Source: Candidatus Multivoradales bacterium | GTDB taxonomy: Bacteria > Acidobacteriota > Thermoanaerobaculia > Multivoradales > JAHEKO01 | Assembly: GCA_965248055.1 (NCBI GenBank) | Contig: CBDFIJ010000004.1 | Span: 960,001 to 1,024,000, forward strand | Direction: 5' to 3' | DNA length: 64,000 nucleotides | In this document: piece after piece, positions 48,669 through 59,841 of the stretch | Numbering within the stretch: the first letter of the stretch is position 1 | Layout of the letters: every line of letters starts with the position of its first letter | The notes under the pieces: model-generated | What the model saw: the letters and a program-made list of their open reading frames with translations, nothing else | What the model was told of the DNA's origin: nothing | Databases searched by the model: none | Program-made: the position numbers and the translations under genes

Positions 48669-51600
48669 GATGCGGCCCTCTCCTGTGGTCTTTCTTGTAG
48701 CGACCGAACCTGCCAGTCGCTGGTTTGTAGTGCCTCTATTGCTTCGGTTGCGACGTGCGCAGCAGCAATGGTGGTGAAACAGGGGACTGAATGACGCAAC
48801 GCTGTGCGCCGAATCATGGTCCCATCTTGCTGCGCGGAATGGCCCGACGGAGTATTGATCACTAGATCAACCTCATGGTTACTCAAACAATCCACCACGT
48901 GGGGGCGACCTTTGGTCAGCTTAAAAACATGTTTCACCGGAATTCCCGCTGCCTCGATCGCCGCGGCGGTCCCTTCGGTCGACAACAACCGAAAACCCAG
49001 CCTTACCAAGTCCTGGGCGATCGGCAGCACCGCCTGCTTGTCGCCATCGCGAACCGAGATGAAGGCGGTGCCAGTGGTAGGCAGTGCATTACCAGCCGCA
49101 ATCCAGGCTTTGGCAAAGGCGTGCCCGACATCGTCGGCGACGCCCATTACTTCGCCCGTGGCTTTCATCTCCGGGCCCAGCACCGGGTCTGCCTCGGGGA
49201 AACGGTTGAAGGGAAACACCGGCACCTTAAGAAACACCCCCGGTACCCCCGGCTCGTCTACCAGGCCCAGTTCCTCCAGGCTGGCGCCTGCCATCACCTG
49301 TGCCGCCACCTTGGCCAGCGGGATCCCCACTGCTTTGGCAATGAATGGAACCGTACGGGAGGCTCGTGGGTTGACCTCCAGCAGGTATAAGCGCCCCTCA
49401 TGGACCGCTGCCTGGACGTTCATCAAGCCGACAACCCCAAGGTCCAACGCTAGCGATTTAGCCATCGAGCGCAGTTCACCCAGCAACTCTTGATCAACGC
49501 TATGGGGCGGCAGCACTGCCGCTGAATCCCCAGAGTGAACCCCGGCTTCTTCAATGTGTTGCAGAATTCCAAGCACCACCGCGCGTTGACCATCACAGAT
49601 CAGGTCGAGGTCCAGTTCAATGGCGTTCTCGAGGTAGCGATCGATCAGGATCGGATGCCCAGCGGAGACCTCCGCCGCTTGCCGCAGGTAGCCCACCAAG
49701 GTTTCCGGCCGATAACAAACCGCCATCGCCCGTCCGCCCAACACATAACTGGGGCGCACCAAGACCGGGTAGCCGATGCTCTCAGCAACTTGAACCCCCT
49801 CTTCGATCGACCTAGCGGTGCCATTCTCCGGCTGCAAGATCCCGTGCTTGCGCAGCAAGTTGCCGAACTGTTCTCGATCCTCGGCAAGATCAATCGCTTC
49901 CGGCGAAGTGCCCCAGATCGGTACACCGGCGGCGGCTAGAGGGCCGGCCAGTTTGAGAGGCGTCTGACCGCCCAACTGGACGATCACCCCTTGTGGCTGC
50001 TCGCGAGCAACCACCGCCAGTACGTGCTCTTCGGTGAGCGGTTCAAAGTACAAACGGTCTGAGGTGTCGTAGTCGGTGGAAACGGTTTCAGGGTTGCAGT
50101 TAATCATCACCGTCTCGAAGCCTTGTTCGCGTAGCGCGTACGAGGCGTGGACACAGCAGTAGTCAAATTCGATGCCTTGGCCGATGCGATTGGGACCCGA
50201 TCCGAGAATGATCACCTTGGGTCGATCGGTCGGCTCCGCCTCGTCCTCCGAGCCATAGGTCGAGTACAGATACGGCGTCAACGCAGGGAACTCGGCAGCA
50301 CAGGTGTCAATGCGTTTGTAGACGCGGCGGATTCCCCCTTCGGCAAGCCGCGCCTCGACCTCGGCAGCCTCACAGCCAAGCAACTGAGCCATTCGCGAAA
50401 GCGAGACACCGCTGGCCGCCGCCTCTTCCAGGCGGTCGAGTGGAACACTGCCTAGATCCCAGAACCCGACCTCTGCCTCAGCCTCAACAATCCTCTGCAT
50501 CTCACGCAAAAACCAGGGATCGAGGTGAGAGATCTCAGCCAGTTCGTCAACCGTCCAACCTTGGCGAAGCGCCGCAAAGACGGCAAACAGACGCTCCCAG
50601 TTGGGGTACGCCAGCCTGCCCCTCAGGCGCACCGGGTCGGCCATCCTACGGTCTCGCACCGACGAAGACTCCAGTTCCAATGAGGCGAGTGCTTTCATCA
50701 AGGCTTCACGAAATGTCCCGCCGATCGCCATCGCCTCCCCCACCGACTTCATAGAAGTTCCCAGCATCGGCGGAGCCGCTGGGAATTTCTCAAACGCCCA
50801 ACGCGGAATCTTCACCACTGTGTAGTCCAGGGTTGGTTCAAAAGCAGCGTAGGTTTCGCCGGTGATGTCGTTGCGGATCTCGTCGAGGTGGTAGCCGACC
50901 GCCAGCAAGGCAGCAATCTTGGCAATCGGAAAACCGGTCGCCTTGGAGGCCAATGCAGAACTGCGCGACACCCGGGGATTCATCTCGATCACCAGTCGTT
51001 CGCCGGTTTCCGGGTTAACGGCAAATTGAATGTTGGAGCCGCCGGTGGCGACTCCTACCCGACGAATCACCCGGAAGGCGTCATCGCGCATCTCTTGGTA
51101 TTCGTGATCCGAAAGGGTTTGCTGCGGAGCGACGGTGATCGAATCGCCGGTGTGAACCCCCATGGCATCAACGTTCTCGACCGAACAAACGACGATCGCA
51201 TTGTCCGCCGAGTCGCGCATCACCTCCAGTTCAAACTCTTTCCAGCCGACCACCGACTGTTCCAGAAGAATCTTTCGCACCGGGCTGGCGTCCAGCGCCA
51301 GCTCCACGACCTCCCTCAGCTCGTCGAGGTTAAACGCCACCCCTCCGCCTTCGCCCCCCAGAGTAAAACTCGGGCGCACGATCGCCGGAAATCTGATCTC
51401 CGCGACAATGTCCGTCGCCTCAGCGACTGACCCTGCGTAGCCACTGGCGGGGACCGCTAGACCAATTTCCAACATTGCTTGCTTGAACTCCAATCGATCC
51501 TCGCCCAAGCGCAGTGCATCCACCGCAGCACCGAGCAGCTCAACTCGAAAGCGCTCCAGGACTCCCGCCTCGTCCAAAGCCAGCGTCAAGTTAATTCCGG

Positions 51601-51880
51601 TTTGACCTCCTACCGTGGGCAGGATCGCGTCCGGTCGCTCCCGTTCAATGATCTTTTCGACCACACTTGGGGTCAAGGGCTCGATATAGGTCCGATCAGC
51701 AAAGCCAGGGTCGGTCATGATGGTGGCGGGGTTCGAGTTCACCAGCACTACCCGATACCCCTCACTTTGCAAGACACGGCAGGCCTGGGTCCCCGAGTAG
51801 TCGAACTCGCAGGCTTGACCGATGACAATCGGACCCGATCCGAGGATCAAAATCGAACAGATATCGTCGCGCTTTGGCAC
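48665..51880 (-). CDS. carB: Carbamoyl-phosphate synthase large subunit
   Basis: (M)[23 protein letters not shown]; duplicated ATP-grasp domains; MGS domain; GTG start 51880. Confidence 0.97.
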   Translation of the reverse strand: MPKRDDICSILILGSGPIVIGQACEFDYSGTQACRVLQSEGYRVVLVNSNPATIMTDPGFADRTYIEPLTPSVVEKIIERERPDAILPTVGGQTGINLTLALDEAGVLERFRVELLGAAVDALRLGEDRLEFKQAMLEIGLAVPASGYAGSVAEATDIVAEIRFPAIVRPSFTLGGEGGGVAFNLDELREVVELALDASPVRKILLEQSVVGWKEFELEVMRDSADNAIVVCSVENVDAMGVHTGDSITVAPQQTLSDHEYQEMRDDAFRVIRRVGVATGGSNIQFAVNPETGERLVIEMNPRVSRSSALASKATGFPIAKIAALLAVGYHLDEIRNDITGETYAAFEPTLDYTVVKIPRWAFEKFPAAPPMLGTSMKSVGEAMAIGGTFREALMKALASLELESSSVRDRRMADPVRLRGRLAYPNWERLFAVFAALRQGWTVDELAEISHLDPWFLREMQRIVEAEAEVGFWDLGSVPLDRLEEAAASGVSLSRMAQLLGCEAAEVEARLAEGGIRRVYKRIDTCAAEFPALTPYLYSTYGSEDEAEPTDRPKVIILGSGPNRIGQGIEFDYCCVHASYALREQGFETVMINCNPETVSTDYDTSDRLYFEPLTEEHVLAVVAREQPQGVIVQLGGQTPLKLAGPLAAAGVPIWGTSPEAIDLAEDREQFGNLLRKHGILQPENGTARSIEEGVQVAESIGYPVLVRPSYVLGGRAMAVCYRPETLVGYLRQAAEVSAGHPILIDRYLENAIELDLDLICDGQRAVVLGILQHIEEAGVHSGDSAAVLPPHSVDQELLGELRSMAKSLALDLGVVGLMNVQAAVHEGRLYLLEVNPRASRTVPFIAKAVGIPLAKVAAQVMAGASLEELGLVDEPGVPGVFLKVPVFPFNRFPEADPVLGPEMKATGEVMGVADDVGHAFAKAWIAAGNALPTTGTAFISVRDGDKQAVLPIAQDLVRLGFRLLSTEGTAAAIEAAGIPVKHVFKLTKGRPHVVDCLSNHEVDLVINTPSGHSAQQDGTMIRRTALRHSVPCFTTIAAAHVATEAIEALQTSDWQVRSLQERPQERAAS

Positions 51881-52142
51881 TACTGTGAGTGTAGCTGGGA
51901 ATCGTCCAGCCGGACACACCCTAGTACCGGATTCGGTCAAAGATCTGGTTCTCTATTGCCAATGCCACAGGATTTCCTTAGAATCCTTCTCTAGGACCAC
52001 AGTGTCCACATTTCGGAGGTCACCTCGGCGCGTCCGCGTTGAGGATTTTGTACCTCCACCGCGGAGCCAAGACTCGTTCTTGGTTTCGTCACGTCTTTTT
52101 TCCTACCGGTTGTCCTAACAGGCAACTACTTCCAGCCGAATG

Positions 52143-52167
52143 TGAGGGCCGAATTTTTCGGCCCTCA
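52143..52167. terminator. Perfect 11-bp hairpin between the permease gene and carB
   Basis: TGAGGGCCGAA-TTT-TTCGGCCCTCA; no clear U-tract. Confidence 0.4.
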
Positions 52168-52229
52168 TCCTCTTTGGGGGAAAATATTTCTAGCCTCAAC
52201 CGGAAGCACGACTTGAAAAGCGAAATCGG

Positions 52230-53456
52230 TTACTCGGCGCGCAGCGCTCGCGCAGGCTCCACCCGGGTCGCCCGTGCCGCTGGGATCGCCGAGGCGATCG
52301 CTCCAGAAGTAATCGCCAAGAGCGCCACCGACACTAAATCTCTCGACGTCACATGAAACGGAACGGCATTGAGAAAGTACACCGTCGCCAGATCATCACC
52401 CAGTCGTATCAGTTGTAAAACGTCGAGCGTCCACGCCAACAAAGCACCCAAGCCGAGGCCGAGTGCGGTACCCACCAAGGTCAACAATAATCCAGACTCG
52501 AACAACGTCCGTCCCAACGACCTTTGATCGAGCCCCAAGGCTGCCAGAACCCCGAGATCTCTACGCCGCTCCCGGATCAACACCACCAGCGCTGAAGCCA
52601 CATTAGCGGTGGCTACCAAGACGATCAACCCCAACAACAAGAACAACAACACTTGTTGTCCGGCGAGCGCGGCAAACAACGCTTGATTGGCAACTCGGAA
52701 ATCTCGGATCTCATAACCCAGGCCCACCAGCTCGGTAATCTGTTCGCGAATCGACTCGAGGTCCTGGTCAGCGGCGACGCCGACCTCAAACGAACCCGGA
52801 GCCGCGGTCGCTTGCCGCAGGAAAGCCCGATCCACCACCACCCACGAGCGATCAAACTCGTGGTAACCGGTTTCGATCACCTGATGGATTTGCACCGAAC
52901 GGTAACGGAACTTAGGCCTGGGAGTGGAGACATCCATCAACATCAGGCGCACCGTATCGCCCGCTTCGACCCCCACCGTACGCGCCAGCTTGCTTCCCAC
53001 CACCGCACTATCGGGTGTCGGTAGCTCGAAACTGCGATTCCAAAAAAGACTCCCGTACTCGACCCCTCGCAGGGTCACGGCGGTTGAGGTTCCTGAGGTG
53101 GAGTCGCTTGCCAACAAAGAACCCTGGGCGTAGGCAACCGGATCCACCGATTCCACTCCGGGCATCGCCTGCAACGTCTGGGCAACCCGGGCTTGTTCTT
53201 GATCGGTGATCGATGCGTACGGGTAGACGCCGAAGTCCGCACCGCCCACCAGCAACCGATCCTCAAGTTCGGTGCGATAGCCGGTCATCAGCGCCATCGC
53301 CACCACCATTGCCACCACGCCCAGCGCGGTCGAGATCAGTGCCACCCGGGCGGTGCGGTGCCCAAGCAGCCCTTTGCGACCGAATACGAACCGCGACGCT
53401 AGCCCCCAGGTGAGACTGCTACGGGAGCTTCCACCCAGCCTTGCCGTGCGCTTCAT
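52230..53456 (-). CDS. LolC/E-like lipoprotein-releasing ABC permease (FtsX family)
   Basis: ALGV.AMVVAMALMTG, NQALFAAL, ERRRDLGVLAALG, YFLNAVP, PARALRAE. Confidence 0.88.
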   Translation of the reverse strand: MKRTARLGGSSRSSLTWGLASRFVFGRKGLLGHRTARVALISTALGVVAMVVAMALMTGYRTELEDRLLVGGADFGVYPYASITDQEQARVAQTLQAMPGVESVDPVAYAQGSLLASDSTSGTSTAVTLRGVEYGSLFWNRSFELPTPDSAVVGSKLARTVGVEAGDTVRLMLMDVSTPRPKFRYRSVQIHQVIETGYHEFDRSWVVVDRAFLRQATAAPGSFEVGVAADQDLESIREQITELVGLGYEIRDFRVANQALFAALAGQQVLLFLLLGLIVLVATANVASALVVLIRERRRDLGVLAALGLDQRSLGRTLFESGLLLTLVGTALGLGLGALLAWTLDVLQLIRLGDDLATVYFLNAVPFHVTSRDLVSVALLAITSGAIASAIPAARATRVEPARALRAE

Positions 53457-54583
53457 GATTGATTTCGTCGCTGTTCGGCGACCAGCGCCAGAAATTCGTC
53501 AAACATGCACCCAGCGTCATGCGGACCGGGAGCCGCTTCTGGGTGGTATTGGGTCGAAAAAATCGATTTCCCTTGCACCATGAAGCCCTCTGCCGTGCCG
53601 TCATTGAGATTTACCTGGTTGACCCGACAGCCGTCAGGAAGCGATTCAGGGTCAACCGCAAAACCATGATTTTGACTGGTGATCAAGACTTTGCCGGAGT
53701 CGCTGTCGAGAACCGGCTGATTGGCCCCATGATGGCCGAAGGGAAGTTTGAACGTGGTCCCGCCGAGAGCCAAACCGAGCAATTGATGTCCCAAACAAAT
53801 GCCGAAAATCGGAATCTCACTGTTCACCAACTCGCCCACAATCTCAATCACCGAACTCAGCGCTGCTGGATCTCCTGGGCCATTCGACAGCAGCACGCCA
53901 TCGACCTGTTTGGCCAACACGCTTTGTGCCGCCGTCTCGGCGGGTACCACCGTCAGCCGAGCACCCCGCATTGCCATCAACCGCAAGATGTTGCGCTTGA
54001 CGCCAAAGTCGTAGACCGCGATATGGAACCGTTCTTCGCCCTCGGCAGGGATCTCCTCGATCTCCGATCGAGTCACCCGATCGACCAATCCAAGACCCTC
54101 CATCAACGGCAGGGCCCGAACCTGTTCCAAAATTCGATGCCGATCCTCAATTTCGCTGGTCAGCGCTCCGCGCATCGCCCCGGCGACTCGCAGTTTGCGC
54201 ACCACGGCACGAGTATCCAGGCCCTCGAGGGCAGGGATCCCCCCGGTCTTCAGGTACTCGACCAACTCGCGCTCAGCAACATGACTCGAGGCTTTGGCGG
54301 TGAACTGCTTGGCGACGAACCCTTCGACCCAAGTCCGGTGTGACTCTGCTACCCGGGTCTCAATCCCATAGTTGCCGACGTGTGGAACCGTCATCACCAC
54401 AATCTGACTGCAATACGAGGGGTCGGTGAGGATCTCCTGATATCCGGTCATCGAGGTATTGAACACCACCTCACCAAAACCAGTACCGGCGACCGGCATC
54501 CATCCGCGGTAGACCGAACCGTCTTCCAGGATCAGAAGTCCGGGCTGGCGTTGCTTGGTGGCTGGGTCGAAGAGTTGGGACAC
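53453..54583 (-). CDS. carA: Carbamoyl-phosphate synthase small subunit
   Basis: GEVVFNTSMTGYQE.LTDPSY, LSNGPGDP, GICLGHQ, SQNHGF, QYHPEA.PGPHD. Confidence 0.97.
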   Translation of the reverse strand: MSQLFDPATKQRQPGLLILEDGSVYRGWMPVAGTGFGEVVFNTSMTGYQEILTDPSYCSQIVVMTVPHVGNYGIETRVAESHRTWVEGFVAKQFTAKASSHVAERELVEYLKTGGIPALEGLDTRAVVRKLRVAGAMRGALTSEIEDRHRILEQVRALPLMEGLGLVDRVTRSEIEEIPAEGEERFHIAVYDFGVKRNILRLMAMRGARLTVVPAETAAQSVLAKQVDGVLLSNGPGDPAALSSVIEIVGELVNSEIPIFGICLGHQLLGLALGGTTFKLPFGHHGANQPVLDSDSGKVLITSQNHGFAVDPESLPDGCRVNQVNLNDGTAEGFMVQGKSIFSTQYHPEAAPGPHDAGCMFDEFLALVAEQRRNQS

Positions 54584-54601
54584 AACCTACGTTCGTTTGA
54601 G

Positions 54602-55627
54602 CTATGAAGCAGTGAAAGCGGAAACAGTGGGTTTCGGTGACCAGCTTTGAACGTCGTCCATCAATTCGACCAAAACCTCGGGGGCGATCGCCTGACGACC
54701 ATCGGAAAGCGCCTCGTGGGGTCGATCGTGGACTTCGATCATTAATCCGTCTGCCCCCGCTGCCACCGCAGCGCGAGCCAAGTGAGGCACCTTGGCGTAG
54801 TCGCCAGCCGCGTGACTGGGGTCGACAATGATCGGCAAGTGGCTGACCTTCTTCACCGCCGGCAATATCGCCAAATCCAAGGTCGATCGAGAATGGTCGG
54901 ACAAGGTCCGGATACCGCGCTCACAGAGGACAACTTGCGAATTCCCTTGTTCGAGAATGTACTCAGCAGCCAGCAGAAGCTCGGTCATGGTGGCGGCGAA
55001 AGACCGCTTCAACAAGATCGGTTTGCCACAACCTCCCGCCGCCTTGAGCAGCGAGAAGTTATACATGTTGCGGGCGCCGATTTGCACCATGTCAGCGACC
55101 TCGGCCACCCGCGGCAACACCGCAACGTCCATCGCCTCGGTCACCACCGGGAGTCCGACTTCCTGTCGTACCCGCCGCAAGATTTCCAATCCCTCGTCGC
55201 CAAGTCCTTGGAAACTGTAGGGGCTAGTGCGCGGCTTCCATGCGCCTGCCCGGAGCATTTGCCCACCGGCTCCCCGCACCGCCTCAGCGATGCGCGCCAC
55301 TTGGTCATAACTTTCCACCGAGCACGGCCCGGCGATCCAGGCTAGGACTCCGCCACCGAATACCGCTTCACCCACCTGAACCACGGTATCTTCCGGCTTG
55401 ATCTCCCGGGACACCAAGCGATACGGAGGCCCGACCGGGATCACTTCGTAGACACCTTCCAGAGTGGCGAAGCCGTTAACCTCAAGTGCAGTCATGTTGC
55501 CGGTCACCGCGACCGAGGTGCGTTGACTGCCTTCGATCGGTGTCGCCTGCAGAGCCCGCGACCGAACGCGTTGGATGACATCTTCCACTTGCTTCGGGGT
55601 GGCATCCATTCGCATAACGATAAGCAT
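54602..55627 (-). CDS. aroF: 3-deoxy-7-phosphoheptulonate (DAHP) synthase, type I-beta with N-terminal ACT-like domain
   Basis: IAGPCSVE, KPRTSPYSFQG, QIGARNM, LCERGIR, VDPSHA. Confidence 0.94.
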   Translation of the reverse strand: MLIVMRMDATPKQVEDVIQRVRSRALQATPIEGSQRTSVAVTGNMTALEVNGFATLEGVYEVIPVGPPYRLVSREIKPEDTVVQVGEAVFGGGVLAWIAGPCSVESYDQVARIAEAVRGAGGQMLRAGAWKPRTSPYSFQGLGDEGLEILRRVRQEVGLPVVTEAMDVAVLPRVAEVADMVQIGARNMYNFSLLKAAGGCGKPILLKRSFAATMTELLLAAEYILEQGNSQVVLCERGIRTLSDHSRSTLDLAILPAVKKVSHLPIIVDPSHAAGDYAKVPHLARAAVAAGADGLMIEVHDRPHEALSDGRQAIAPEVLVELMDDVQSWSPKPTVSAFTAS

Positions 55628-55783
55628 GAGGGTTCCAAGTGATCGGGATCGCGCCCGAGGGACTGTTATCATAGCAACGTGTTTGCGCGAAAAGGTGTCC
55701 CAATTGGCTCCGCTGTAGCGATCAAACGTTCTTGGCTCTGGTGTGGCTGCAAGCCCGTCAACCGACCCACGCGAGAGAGGGCT

Positions 55784-56512
55784 ATGGGATGGGCCGCTCT
55801 GCTGGTGGCGGTTCTGGCCTCGCCGATCTTGGCGGCCGCCGACACCATCGTCTTGAGAGACGGTCGCCGAATCGAAACCCGCGAGCCGTACAAAATTGAG
55901 GGTGACCAGGCGGTGCTAGTTCTCACCAACGGCACCGTGACCACGCTCCCGCTATCCAGCATCGACGCTCGCAAGACCGAAGAAGCGAGTCGGCTTGGTG
56001 GCTCCGCCAAGGTGATTGATGGGCGGGAGTCGCGACCGATTCAACCCGGGCAGCAACCACGCCCGTCCAGCTCCTCTTTGAGTCAGGTCGCTGGCCAAAG
56101 GCGTTTGGCTGACCGCCGAACGCGGCAACCACGGCCATCGGACAACCCACCCACGATGGCTACGCAAAGGGTGCAACTTGCCGACGATGCCACCCGTGGC
56201 TTCCTGAGCAGCCTCTATGCTTCCCAGGGATTGTCGGCAGAGCTATTGGAAAGCACCGGCCCGGGCACCGCAACCGTGCGCCTGAGTACTGACTCAGAAG
56301 CCGAGGTATTTCGAGCCCTGGTGGCCACCGCAGTGGCCTTGCTGCAGTCAGCGGAAAAACTTGAGAATCCGCTCGCCGTGCTCGAACTGGAGATGAGGTC
56401 CTCGGATGGCGGCCAAGCGGGTGACTTCCGCATCACCCACGATCGAGCTGAGGCCCTGCGCACTCAGGCGATCTCGCCGCAGGAGTTCTACGTCCGTTTC
56501 GTCGAGTTCTGA
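55784..56512 (+). CDS. Hypothetical secreted protein
   Basis: Signal peptide ...ILAAA-DTIVLRDGRRI; GAGAGG RBS. Confidence 0.7.
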   Translation: MGWAALLVAVLASPILAAADTIVLRDGRRIETREPYKIEGDQAVLVLTNGTVTTLPLSSIDARKTEEASRLGGSAKVIDGRESRPIQPGQQPRPSSSSLSQVAGQRRLADRRTRQPRPSDNPPTMATQRVQLADDATRGFLSSLYASQGLSAELLESTGPGTATVRLSTDSEAEVFRALVATAVALLQSAEKLENPLAVLELEMRSSDGGQAGDFRITHDRAEALRTQAISPQEFYVRFVEF

Positions 56513-56569
56513 TCGAGCCCACCGCTTTGCCGCTGCGTTCTTTTGAGCCGCGATTCAGCTTATTCGCTG

Positions 56570-57149
56570 TCAATCTCGGAAAGGTAGAGATCCCCTCGCG
56601 AAGTGGAGAGCGAGTAGACAATCCCTTCCTGGGTCAGCGCCATGGTCGCCGCGTCTTCTAGCTCGCTTTTTGCTTCGGTCTCCGCCAGTTTGGCCAAGCC
56701 ACAGGTCCAACACTTTCGCCTGCCCTCTCTGGTTCACCATCACGTTGGCGGGTTTGAAGTCACAGTGGATGATTCCCTTAGCGTGAGCTTCGGCCAGGGC
56801 GTCGGCGATGGGAATGGCAAGATCAAACAGCTTGCTGAGCCCAAGACCATCTGCAGGAACGTGCTGGTCAAGAGTCTCACCTTCCACCAGCTCCATAGTC
56901 AGGAAGTGAATCCCGTCGGTTTCTTCGACCGAGTGGATGGTGACGATATTGGGGTGGTTGAGCGCTGCCACCGTCTTGGCCTCGCGTTTGAAGCCCTCCA
57001 AACGATTGGGATCGCTGGCCAGCCGCTGGGGTAAAACCTTTAAGGCTACTGAAAACGGCTGAGCCCTCCGTGCCCGATACACCTCTCCCATTCCCCCCTC
57101 GCCGAGCTTGGAAAGGGATACGGTAGTGAGACAGCCTCTCTCCGATCAC
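56570..57149 (-). pseudogene. Decayed, truncated Hanks-type Ser/Thr protein kinase
   Basis: MIGERLSHYRI / frameshift / KLGEGGMGEVYRA..VALK..LNHPNIV..MELVEG..IIHCDFKPAN (HRD lost); second frameshift at DFG; C-lobe missing. Confidence 0.88.
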
Positions 57150-57255
57150 CAGTTTGTGTCCTTTCGAGATAGAGATCTTTCGCTCGGCTCAGGACTCAGC
57201 GCCGAGCGCCTCGGCTTGGCGGTGATCTGGTAGTGAGAGAGGGTGGTACCAATCA
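57105..57255. repeat. About 150-bp direct repeat, copy 1 (two kinase 5' ends plus palindromic insert)
   Basis: Aligns to 58019-58168; shared core CGCTCGGCTCAGGACTCAGCGCCGAGCGCCT. Confidence 0.9.
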
Positions 57256-57681
57256 CGCCAGCGGGTCCTCGACCGCTAGTCCCGGGATGGATTGGAAGTT
57301 GCGATCATGAGTCCAGATCACCGAGGCTCCGTTGTCAAACGCCGCCAAGGCGATCTGAAGGTCGAAGACCCGCACACCGCGGATGTCCCGGTCTGTAGCA
57401 ACCTGCAGTAGCCGAGGGCCGAATTCCGGGCCAGGCCGCCAAAGACGGCCGCCGCCGTCTACCAATCCCTGCAAGAAAGCCTGTGCCTCGAGTGGCTCAG
57501 AGGGGCGACCGGTAGCGGTCGGATGGGTCACGATGCTCCAGAACTCGGCGATCGCAGGCGAGGCAACACCCCAACCACGACCACTGTCGGCAGCTCGTTG
57601 AATCGCTTCGCGCGCCGCGGCGTGCTCAGAAACCCCAGTGCGATGGGCGTAAACCAAAAGGTTGGTATCGATGGCGATCAC
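57253..57681 (-). CDS. vapC: VapC-family PIN domain toxin
   Basis: IAIDTNLLVYA, AEFWSIVTHP, VFDLQIA, WTHDRNF; GTGA overlap with antitoxin. Confidence 0.9.
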   Translation of the reverse strand: MIAIDTNLLVYAHRTGVSEHAAAREAIQRAADSGRGWGVASPAIAEFWSIVTHPTATGRPSEPLEAQAFLQGLVDGGGRLWRPGPEFGPRLLQVATDRDIRGVRVFDLQIALAAFDNGASVIWTHDRNFQSIPGLAVEDPLA

Positions 57682-57923
57682 GATACCGTTCGCAACCATT
57701 CACGCATCGCGGCGCGATCGGCGACGTCTATCCCCGCAGGTAGGCCTCCATTCACCGTCACGAACTCGAGTCGCTGAGTTCGATGCTCCGCGATCGGTCG
57801 ATCGCTCTCCAGCTCGCGCCGCAGGCCACGGGTAAACAACTTGCGCAGAGTCGTCCTCTCTTCTGCGGCCTTTTTCTTGGCCGCGACCAGCAACTCTTCA
57901 GGTAGGTCAATGGTGGTTTTCAT
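57678..57923 (-). CDS. VapB-type ribbon-helix-helix antitoxin
   Basis: MKTTIDLPEELLVAAKKKAAEERTTL..L..GLRREL upstream of PIN gene. Confidence 0.88.
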   Translation of the reverse strand: MKTTIDLPEELLVAAKKKAAEERTTLRKLFTRGLRRELESDRPIAEHRTQRLEFVTVNGGLPAGIDVADRAAMREWLRTVS

Positions 57924-58018
57924 GAACCCATATTGCCATATTTATGGTTATACGGCACATCTCATCTTGGCCTCACTGCACTTTCGCGCGATAAACCTCT
58001 TTCATCCCACCTATGCCC

Positions 58019-58168
58019 AGCTTGGAAAGGATGCGGTAGTGAGACAGTCTCTCTCCGGTCATCAGTTCGCGTCCTTTTGAGATTGAGATCCTTCGCTCGG
58101 CTCAGGACTCAGCGCCGAGCGCCTTAGCTTGGCGCTTATCTGGTAGTGGGAAAGCGTGGTGCCGATCA
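58019..58168. repeat. About 150-bp direct repeat, copy 2
   Basis: Aligns to 57105-57255; minus strand encodes IGTTLSHYQISAK and MTGERLSHYRILSKL. Confidence 0.9.
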
Positions 58169-58203
58169 GTTCCCCCCCGGTCCACAGGCACTATCACCTA
58201 GGG

Positions 58204-58638
58204 TTAGTCAGCGGCTTCTACCTCGTCCGGCGCTTGTGACAACTCCACCAACACTCCCCCTGCAGAGCGCGGATGGATGAACTGAACCCAGCAACCTCCC
58301 GCACCCAGGGTGGGCTGTGGACGGAGGACATCTGCGCCTGATTCTTCCAGTTTGAGTTGGTCAGCGTGGATGTCATCAGTGGCAAAGCAGATGTGGTGGA
58401 CGCCTGGACCGCGCTTGTCGAGGAAGCGTCGTACGGGCGAGTCTTCAGTGGTGGGTTCGAGTAGCTCGATCCGGGTCTCACCGACTTCGATCATTGCCAC
58501 CCGAACGCCCTCTTGGGGTACCTCTTCGATGTGATCGATAGTCAGTCCTAGGGTCTGGTAGAACTTGGCTGACTCCTCGATCGACTCGACGGCAATGCCA
58601 ATGTGATCATATTTTGAACTGCCACGGTTGACCTGCAA
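58204..58638 (-). CDS. mce: Methylmalonyl-CoA epimerase
   Basis: DHIGIAV, IELLEP, GPGVHHI, GAGG...FIHP..AGGVLVEL. Confidence 0.9.
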   Translation of the reverse strand: MQVNRGSSKYDHIGIAVESIEESAKFYQTLGLTIDHIEEVPQEGVRVAMIEVGETRIELLEPTTEDSPVRRFLDKRGPGVHHICFATDDIHADQLKLEESGADVLRPQPTLGAGGCWVQFIHPRSAGGVLVELSQAPDEVEAAD

Positions 58639-58644
58639 GGCCCC

Positions 58645-59841
58645 TTACCGGTTATCCAGGAGTTGGCGCGCTATCACCAATCGCTGAATCTCACTGGTCC
58701 CTTCGCCGATCGTGCAAATCTTGCAGTCGCGGTAAAACTTCTCAGCACGGTAATCCTTGATGTAGCCATAGCCACCGTGGATCTGCACTCCGCGCTCAGC
58801 ACAAAACACCGCAGCTTCTCCGGCGTAGAGCTTGGCTTCCGCGGCCAAGCGAGTCACCCGCTCTCCACGATTCATTTTTTCCGCCGCTGCCATAACCAGC
58901 GCTTCGGAGGCGGCAATGCGGGTCGCCATCTCGGCGAGATGAAACTGCACCGCTTGAAACTTGGCGATCGCCTTGCCGAACTGTTCCCGTTCCTTGGAGT
59001 AAGCCAGCGCCAGATCGAACGCGCCCCGAGCAGTCCCCAAGCCCAAAGCGGCGATCGAAATTCGTCCGCCGTCGAGAATCTTGAGCGACTGAATGAAGCC
59101 GTCGCCGCGCTCCCCCAACAGATGGTCATCGGGAACCAAGCAGTCCTCCAAAATCACCTCAGACGTGTCCGAAGCGCGGCTTCCCAGTTTGTCTTCCTTC
59201 TTACCGGCACGAAATCCCTCCATCCCCTTCTCAACCACAAACGCAGAAATATTATGGTGCCGGGGTGCATCTGGATCGGTAACCGCCAGGACCACGCAGA
59301 CGTCGCCTACTTTGCCGTGGGTAATAAAGGTCTTGGAGCCATTCAGCAGCCACCCACCATCGACCTTCTCGGCCTTGGTCCGCGTCCCTGCAGCGTCTGA
59401 GCCCGCTCCTGGTTCGGTCAAGGCCCAAGCGCCGATCTTGCGCCCGGTGGCCAAATCTGGCATCCAACGCTGGCGTTGTTCTTGGTTGCCAAACTTATAG
59501 ATGTGCTGGCTGCACAAAGAGTTATGGGCTGCGACCGAAAGCCCGATCGACGGGTCGATCCGGCTAATCTCATCCAAAATCAGGACGTACTCAATGTAGC
59601 CCAGGCCAGCGCCCTCGAACTCCTCTGGAACGACCACACCGAGAAAACCCAACTCGCCCATTTTGGCGAATAGTTCCCGCGGAAACTTCTGTGCTTCGTC
59701 GATTTCTTCAACGATCGGATCGATTTCTTGCAAGGCGAAGTCGCGTGCGGCCTCACGGATGGCGCGCTGCTCTTCAGTGAGTCCGAAATCAATCCCGGAA
59801 TCGGTTTGCACTGGCGTCGTTGATGCTGTTGCTGTGGTCAC
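58645..59841 (-). CDS. Acyl-CoA dehydrogenase
   Basis: ALTEPGAGSD, NGSKTFIT, LDGGRI, REQFG, QIHGGYGY, IGEGTSEIQR. Confidence 0.95.
   Translation of the reverse strand: MTTATASTTPVQTDSGIDFGLTEEQRAIREAARDFALQEIDPIVEEIDEAQKFPRELFAKMGELGFLGVVVPEEFEGAGLGYIEYVLILDEISRIDPSIGLSVAAHNSLCSQHIYKFGNQEQRQRWMPDLATGRKIGAWALTEPGAGSDAAGTRTKAEKVDGGWLLNGSKTFITHGKVGDVCVVLAVTDPDAPRHHNISAFVVEKGMEGFRAGKKEDKLGSRASDTSEVILEDCLVPDDHLLGERGDGFIQSLKILDGGRISIAALGLGTARGAFDLALAYSKEREQFGKAIAKFQAVQFHLAEMATRIAASEALVMAAAEKMNRGERVTRLAAEAKLYAGEAAVFCAERGVQIHGGYGYIKDYRAEKFYRDCKICTIGEGTSEIQRLVIARQLLDNR

Noticed and set aside
51881-52229. Known riboswitch or PyrR attenuator before carB
   Set aside because: Only a simple hairpin is visible; no recognisable consensus.
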